Assembly (NCBI GenBank): GCA_012862495.1
Contig: BLSG01000216.1
Coordinates: 523,796 to 587,709, forward strand
Reading direction: 5' to 3'
Source of the DNA: Thraustochytrium aureum
Taxonomy: Eukaryota
Length of the DNA: 63,914 nt
In this document: in pieces, positions 56,301 to 63,914 of the stretch
Layout of the letters: each line of letters begins with the position of its first letter
How positions within the stretch are numbered: position 1 is the stretch's first letter
Notes under the pieces: model-generated
Seen by the model: the letters and a program-made list of their open reading frames with translations, nothing else
Told to the model about the DNA's origin: nothing
Databases searched by the model: none
Position numbers and translations under genes: made by a program

Positions 56301-59300
56301 ACTTCGGCAGGGTCTGTCGGCGCAACGGACCAGCCCACTTCAAGGCTCACGGAGCCTGCGCCAACAATGCCGTGCAAATCAAGGTGGCATTCTATCGTCT
56401 TGCGAGAGAAGGCCCCGAGCTCGCGCGCCGCGCTGTCCAGGCCTCGGCCGCGCTCCTCTTGGACCTGGGACGGGATCGGCGGAAGCAGAACCGTGGTTTC
56501 CCCAAGTAGCACGTCGCAATCGCCAAACTTTTCTTGAGTGGTTCGGATTTCCGCGTCCATCTCCACGTCGTCTCCAAAGAGGTACAGAAGAGGAACCAAT
56601 ACGTCCTGGTCCTCGGACTTTGAGAAAATGTCGAGTGCTGGCTCATCGCTTCCATCGCGCGCGTACACAGCGATGCGGGCTCGGCGGTGTTCGAGCTCGT
56701 TCCCCATGATACCAGACTGCTCCTTCGCGCGCGCCCTGAGCGTGTCTGCTTCGTCAAAAGCAATTTGTTGCATCCAGCTCACGTTGCAGCGCTCAAACTG
56801 GGACGAAGTGCAGAGCTCCCGCGCGAGCTCTTTGCGGCCCGCAAGAGTTCCCCCGTCGTCATCGAAGCGCACAGTCAGCGGCCGGGGCGCGGTGCTGAGT
56901 AGGTCGCGTAGCATCGTGAGGCTCCAACTCGAGGCGATCTCTGTGCTTTGTATAGCGACAACTTTGACGCCAGGAATGATGCGCGGCTCGCGGGCTGCTT
57001 GCCCGTCCGAAGCGACACTCTTCACCGCGATTTCGCCGCTCGAGAGCCGCTCAAACTGCAGGCCAAGTGGACCTTGGCCGGGAAAGCAAACGTCGAATTC
57101 CCCGAACTCAGAAAAGGTCGCTTCTTCCACGTTTGGCCTCGCGCTGGTGACGGCCTCATCGCCAATGTGCGCGGGGTCGGTGCGCAGGGAATGGTCGCCA
57201 TATGTTACGACGCAATACACTTCGCCCAAGCTGCGTTTCGACAAGGTGCGCGGGCTCAGAATGCTAGCGGCTTGCAGCACGGTCACGCACAACTTGGTGC
57301 GTGTCTCAACGGGAAGCGTCTGCTGCGTGCGAGACTCGTCCGACGCGCCATTCAAGGCGCTAAAGTCTGTCTCATTCCTGATGAGGCCCCGAACCGTGCT
57401 CCTTCGCTGGAGGACGCCCCCCTCCTGCACAACTTTCGCTTGCAACCTCTTGAGGATCTCTGTCTCGGCTCGAAAGAGTCGCGCGAACCGTAGGCGATGT
57501 ATAAACTGCCCGTTAGAAGGCGCGCCGGCAGTCCGTAGGGCTGCTGCAAGCCGCACTTGCCCCCTGTACTCGCCACTCTTTCCACGCAGGGTCACCCAGA
57601 CGTCTGCCGGGGCCGCGCCGGCGGGCGGCGCCGTGCCTTGGACAGCTTGTCCTGAGAGACCTGCTTGGCCCGCGGCTCCCAAATCTGACACGACCGTGCG
57701 CGGTGGCGCCCCAAGAGCAACGCTCGCTCCGACGGCCCCCGCGACCGTAGGTCCACACAGTTCGCCCACTCGGACTGTCGCGCTACCCATGAAATCGTCC
57801 GAGGAGAACAAGTCCTTGTCGTACAGCTCAATCCGGAGCTCGCTCGATCCTGACACGCCCTCAAACGTGAATTCTTCATCAAAGATGGGATCCAAAGATT
57901 TGTTGACGACCTTGGAGCGCCGTGGCTTGTTCTGGGCCTCGGCTCCCATCGACAGCACTGCGTACGGGTCGCTTGTGTACATGTCCATCACGGGCAGATC
58001 CCGCGCCTCGAGCAAGCCGACCCAAAGCTGTGCGCCAGGCTCCGAGCTCTGTACTTGCTCCGTCGCTTGGTAGAACGCAACGAGGCAGACTCGGAACGGC
58101 CCCTTTGCAACAAGCTTGAAGGCTGTGCACGACGGGCTAGGGCGTTCGAGGCGGAATAGCGTGGTTGTCTTCTGCTGGGCGATGGCGGCATCGCCCCCGC
58201 TTCCGCCAGCATCGACAACATGGTACACAAGATCCTCTTTGGAATGCAGGCCCCGGCGCTCGTCGAGCACGACCCAATTGCCGGCCGCGCTCGTTCGACC
58301 GAGCAAACACCACGATCGGGGGTGGACGCCATCCCGCAGCGTCGAAACAGTGAACGAGTACGCCTCGATAGCGCCGATGCGCGGGGCCAAGTCCACGAGG
58401 ACGAATTCTTCTGCGCCTCGCCGATCGCTCGTCCAGTCGCCGGCACCAGGATCTATCGCGTTGGAAGCAGAGCGCGAACTCCCCGCAACGCTTCCCTTGG
58501 CGTCCAAACGCGAAAGGCCATCTGTGAGCAGGCTTCGGGTCGCAAGGAGGCGAGCCTCTGTTCGCGCCAACTTGGCTTGCAGCGTTTTGCGCGCTGATCC
58601 TGCGCCGCGCGCTGAGGAAAGGTCATCCACGCACAAAACTTTGGTGAGGCCCTCGACTCGAACGCGGATTTGAACTTCTGCGCCGCCATGCGAGGCCCTG
58701 ATGACGTTCCCGACCCGATCGAGGTTGACGGTCCACGCCACTCGCTGCGGCCGTGGGTAATTGTCCATGTGATCCAAGCCACAGCTCTCTAACAGAACAT
58801 CCACCTTGTGGTCCATCGTGACGTCCTCCCACACAAACTCCACGCCCATTTGGTCCGGTTCGACAACCTGAATCGTGCGCCTCTGCGCGCCGTGCTGCAC
58901 AACCCCCACGCGCAAGCTCGAGCACAGGTTGTCGATTCGGTAGTCGAGAGCTCGTCGCTCCGGGCACTCGCTAACGTTGACTCTAACCACATTGTCAACA
59001 AGCTCGATGTTGACAAGAGCTGTAGCAACGCGATCGGCAGCGTGTGCTAGGAGCTCCTCCTTCGGTGGAACCGTGAGCGGCGACAAACAGTTCACTCGCG
59101 TGCAGCTCAGTAGCGGCGGCTCGCGCTCTGCCTCTGGTGCACGCAGCCGAAGCACGTTGCGCTTGACCACGTCAAGGCGGAAAAACTGCGACACCGCTTC
59201 ACCCGGCGCGCCCCCTCGCTCTGTCCGAAGCGACAAGCGGGCGGAAAAGTCCTTTGTATCGAGCTCGCCGTCGCCGTTGACGTCGACTGGGTGGAATGGG

Positions 59301-62300
59301 CTCAAAGAATGAGGGGCGAGTTCGAGCTGCCACGAGTCTGCGGCTGCCCCTTGCTGTGCAATACGTAACACCGAGCGAGTCTTGTTCACAACCACAAAGC
59401 GTGGCGTCACAGTCACCACCTTGGTCCGTAGAAAGCGTCCTGGCGCAGAAGTGATCGAAACACCTACTTGGTGCACGACGTCTCCGCCTGGCAAGGGCGG
59501 AATCGTCACCTCGCCAGACATTCCTATAGCGAGGCCGAATCGCTTCGACCAGGCCGTCGCGCCGTGCTCCAACGCGAGGCTCAGCTTGTCTGTTGTTGGA
59601 GAGAACATCTCGATACGCACGAGCTGCTCCATGTCCACTTTCGCAGACTCTGCGGAGATGAGCTCTGCACCAGCCGCGCTGGATCTGCTCCTCCGAGGTG
59701 CGACTTTGCCTCGCAAGTGCCCTGAGCGACCCTTTTCTCCTGGATGCGACTCTGCCGAGTAGGCGAGTCCCAGCCCAGACCAGTTCAGGACGAGCACAGG
59801 GCAGAAAAAGACGACATGGACCGGGGCGTAACATCGCGAATGATACGCGCAAGGACGCGGCCCTCTGCCGAGCGCGCCGTCCCCGTCCAGAATGCCGCCC
59901 GCACCGCTCGTCTCAAAGGCGAAGCTGAACGCATTCGTCGCCTGAGCGAGGTTCCAGCTGAGGAGATCCAACTCGTCCGGGATGTCGTCATCATCTTCGT
60001 CGCTGACGGCGGCCTGCTCGCGAGTCCCGGATCGAGAGGTTGGCCCGCCCCCGCTGCCGTGCCGACTTGTGAAACCGTCTTGTGATGCGCCGCGACTCGA
60101 GGTGGCACTAAGCGGGCCCGTCTCGTGGAAGTGCTGGTGATCCGGGTCCACAGCGTCTGTGGTTCGCGTTGACAGCTCAACGCTGAGCCGCAAATCGGTC
60201 TCCTCGAGCGGCACCGCTATATGCTCGCCAGCCGCAACCGCGTCCAAGCCGTAGACGATTGGCGCCTCGCTTTCGACGCAGCGCAGGAAACTTCCATTAG
60301 GCTTGTGGACCGCAAACAGCAACCCAACGCGGTCAACCGTGAATACGTCGGCGACGCGCTGACTCCACTGGCCCGACTTCGCCTGCAACGCTGGATTCAC
60401 GTAGAGACACTGCGAGACTTGGCCGCGCTCGACGACTACTTCAGAGTCTGTGCGGCACATCTCAACCATTACCGGCTCGTCAGTGAGGGTGCTCGAGGGC
60501 GATAAAAGACTCGACCGCGAGCTGCTCCCTCTGAGCGCTGAAGCACCTCCCGACGGAGCCAGTGACGCACTTCCGCGACGAGGGTTGACCCCAGGGACCG
60601 GCTCAGCGCGTCCCATTGCCTTGTAGTGCAGCGGAAAGGGAACGAGATTCTCGACGACAAGGGGCGGGTCCAAAGTCAGGACCCAGAAGGGCGCATTCCC
60701 TTCTTCTGTTCGCGCGGTCTTCGCGACGTCGTGAAGGCGGTGGAAGCTCACATGAACGATGCAGTGCTCGGTCCCAAAGTCGAGGCAGGCAGGGAAGAAG
60801 CGCGGCTTGCGGCGTTTGTAGACGGATCGAAGCTTCCAAGGGTCGATAAAGAGCAAATCTTGCAGCAAAACAAAACTGCCCGTCGAGCCAAACCGCACCG
60901 CGCCACCAGGCGCAATCATCTCGACCGGGACGGAGGCTGTCTGGCCCGGATCAAGGCGGATGGAGTGCATTTGGCCGCTCTGCTTGGCGCGGTGGTGGTG
61001 AGCTTGCTCCTTCGAGTAGAAGGTAATATTGCCCACTGCGACATCGGAGGTGCCCCCATGGCCACGTTTGTGAGCGCCAAGTGCAGCGGCGCATCGAAAG
61101 CTGATCCGGAGTTTGTAGCATGACTCCATGCGGCGCGTAGAGAACGAGCGCAGCTGGCACGGCTTGGTGAAGAACACATCGTTCTGTTCGTCCAGGACGA
61201 CCCAGTCACCGCGCGACTCGGACAGGCCTTCAAGCACCCACTCACACGGCGCGTCGCCGCGCGGCGCGGATGCGAGCGAGTACACCATGACGCGTCGGGC
61301 CACGCGGTCGACGTACGCATACTCAACAAAGCAATTGGGCGCGCTGAGCGAGGCAGACCAATGCGTGTGGACATTGCCGTCGAACGCAGCGTCCTGACTG
61401 AGCCAATATTTGTCGACCCCAAGCGGAGACGGCCCAGGTGAGTTGGGATAGAGCCTGCAGAAAGTCAGCTGCACGGCCTTGTGTAGTCTGTTTTTCAGCG
61501 TCGCGTTGGAGGCGACCCTGCAAAGCTTGGCACCTTCCTCAAAATGCACGTCGCAGACCAAGTAACGAGGCAAAACGACGGAGCGCAGGTAGCTCGAGTT
61601 TGCGTCAGCAGACGACTTTTGGAAACTGTGCGTCATTACCTCGCGCTCGTCACGATCCTCCGCCTCGAGCGGCAATGCGTAGCGCCCCGAACCCTTCACC
61701 GGGATCGGGTCCAGCACCTCGCGATCACCCCATTGCAAACTCAGAAAACGGTCGCGTGGTTTTGCAGGCACGGCCTCCGACATCGCGGAGGCCGGGGTCG
61801 GCGATGCAGCGGCGCTGCCATCGAACTCTATGTCAGAGGAAGAAGAAGCAGAAGAAGAAGACGACGACGACGACGATGATAATGGTGTCCGGCTTGCCCC
61901 ACCAGATGAAGTCGTCCCGGCTTTGGTTCGAGTCTGGCCTGCCTCGTTGTCGGAACACCGCAGGGCACCTCGCCGCGTGGGGAGACCAAAGTCAAGAGGC
62001 CGTCCTGTAAATCGCCTGCGTTGTCGTCGTCGCGGCTCGACAGAGGAACCCGCTCATCAAAGCCGCCCTCGGATTTGTATGCACGAAGGTTATCAGACGC
62101 TACCACATGGACTCCAAGCTTGAACATTGGCCGATCAAAGCTGACCTGAGCGAAACGTCCAAGTGAGTGGTACACGGTGACGTCTGCACGCCGGTCGAGA
62201 TCCGCAGCGGTCGAGATCCTAGGAAAGAGAAGGTGGCCCGAACCGCGGAGCTCGGAGTCGGGGTCCGAAGGCGCCCTGCACAAGAAGTCGAAGCGGAGAA

Positions 62301-63914
62301 TTTGCTCTTGCTCGCAATCTTCCTCGGCGCAGTCAAGAGTAAACTTGAACGCCCTTGGTGTCGACGATTGAACTACTCTGCCAAGGTCCACAATCTGCAA
62401 GGTGCCTCGCGGCAGGAGCCATATGCGCGCATGGGTTATCGAGTTGGCTCGAAAATACTCGTCGGCCCCATCAACGAGGATGTCAACCTCTCCTTGGAGC
62501 CAGTCTGGGTCTCTATGAGGTGCAAGGCGTACTTTGGGTCGCGCTGCAGGCACGGGGCTTTTGAGCGCTCGACGGGCGCGCTCCTTGTCGCGCCTATACT
62601 CCAACCGGGCTTGAATTAGCTCAAGCAAACCGCGACGCTCGCTGTTGTCATTCGCCAGCAGCGGTTCCGAGAGACTGCCACCATCTGCGTCGATGGGGAG
62701 CGAAGCTGGCCGCACACGCGCACTGGTGCTCGAGTCCGCAGTGTCGGCCTCGCTTGCAGAGGCGCCGCTCAGGTGCTGCAGCTCGATGGCCTCAAAATAA
62801 AACGTAGGCCCCACGAGGAGAAACCCACGCCCGCCCTGCGAGGTCGTCGAGCGTGCGATGGCGCAAAACCGGGAGAGGTCCACCGACAGCAGAGGGTCGC
62901 CAACCTCCTCCTCCTCGAACGAGGTGAACGAGCCATGCTGAAAAGCCCGCTTGCGAAAAATGCTCAAGCTGAATGCGTCGAGCCGGCACACCACTTGGTC
63001 GCGCTCACGCGGCAGCGTTACCTTCAGCAAGCTCGTGCGGCTCAGCAGCACGAGGCGGGGCACGCCGACAGCATCGGAGGCGCCCCCAGAACCTTGGATC
63101 ACGCGCATGATCGCGCGCACGAGCTTGGCCTTCCCTTCCAAAGAAAGCGCCACGAACTTGTACGTCCTTTGCCGAGTGACCACCTGGAAAGCGCACTGCT
63201 CCGCGTGGCGCACTCGAACGCCATAACCGCCGACAGCGCTCCGAACCTGCAACAAGGCGGGTCCATCCACGCCCTGGAGCGGGATAACCCCTGCGGGTTG
63301 GTCTTGCTTGACCTTGGAAATAGATTTGAAGTACTTGACCGTCCCGCCCTGGATGGTGACAAACCGCCGCTTCCAGATCAACCCCGTGGGGTCTGACTTC
63401 CACGCCCAGGCCCCTTCGGCCGCCGAGCCCGAGGCAGCGACGCTCGCGGAGCCGTGCAGACCAGGTGCGAACCGGTCAACCGCACGATCCTCAGAAGCAA
63501 AGAGGCGAGCACGGAGAGCGATTCCAGCCTCATTTCGGAGGAGTACGTGCGCTCCCTCCGTGCCAAGGCCTCGTCTCCCCGAAGTCACTCCAGCCGAGCG
63601 ATCCGACGCACTGCGACCCAACTCGGCAGTTTCGTCGTTCCCCTCATGTACTTCTGTGAACAAGCTCAGCAGATTGATCTGCTGCATTGCCGTCGGAGTG
63701 ACGTTCATGTTGAGCATGTGCGGCGACTCCAGTCGCACGAATGCCTCGGCGAGAGAGAGCGGCTTCACAGGATCTGCCTTCGAGAACTCGAGCGTCCTGA
63801 CGATACGCTCTTTCGGCGTTTCGCGCGAAAACTCTGGGACATCGACGCTGAGCCGGGCGAACCAGGGCTCGAGGAGGGATTCCCACACCCCGAGCGTGGC
63901 GTTCCAATAAGAGG
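53337..63914 (-). CDS. VPS13: VPS13-family bridge-like lipid transfer protein, 3' portion (5' end outside window); -1 breaks near 61955 and 54130; C-terminal PX domain
   Basis: YWNATLGVWESLLEPW; VAB/SHR-BD repeat TKVVTVTPRFVVVNKT; APT1-like GIGISLVD...ELAYISV...IHIDNQ; ATG2_C-like LLGSPVQL...FFYEP...GLGKGAVGVVIKP; C-terminal PH-like region. Confidence 0.9.
53430..53700 (-). other. PX (phox homology) domain
   Basis: FVVFRIVV...WVVWRRYSDFRRLRDGL...LPLPSR...LNQRQLGL, containing the RRYSDF signature and a Pro-rich loop. Confidence 0.88.

Noticed and set aside
1443..63914. Pseudogene status for the frameshifted genes
   Set aside because: Catalytic motifs are intact, there are no in-frame nonsense codons, and housekeeping genes are equally affected, so sequencing error is more parsimonious.

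Overview
This is eukaryotic nuclear DNA: GC-rich, gene-dense and almost intron-free (one clear GT-AG intron). The gene set and style suggest a flagellated stramenopile protist, possibly a labyrinthulomycete/thraustochytrid (inference). It is a draft scaffold with many N-gaps and about 15 single-base frame breaks, mostly at short homopolymers and most likely sequencing indels. Repairing these gives about 16 genes: a ~2,700-aa soluble adenylyl cyclase-NTPase-PH-C2-phosphodiesterase fusion; a 33-aa-repeat helical protein; a ~3,400-aa Sfi1-like (centrin-binding-type) repeat protein; DPAGT1; a TPH-type coiled-coil protein; an F-box-like protein; an LRR-Tudor-PWWP/bromodomain protein; an unknown coiled-coil protein; RPL27; an Mpv17/PMP22 protein; PDHB; an S1-less PNPase; a Slo/BK-like K+ channel; NME7; and the 3' part of a heavily accessorised VPS13. 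The top candidates for novelty are the cAMP synthesis-plus-degradation polypeptide (whose PDE lacks the invariant Gln), VPS13 with a fused PX domain, a bromodomain inserted into a PWWP fold, and the giant Sfi1-like fibre. All multi-ORF fusion calls depend on the frame breaks being errors. I found no rRNA, tRNA, CRISPR array or transposon.
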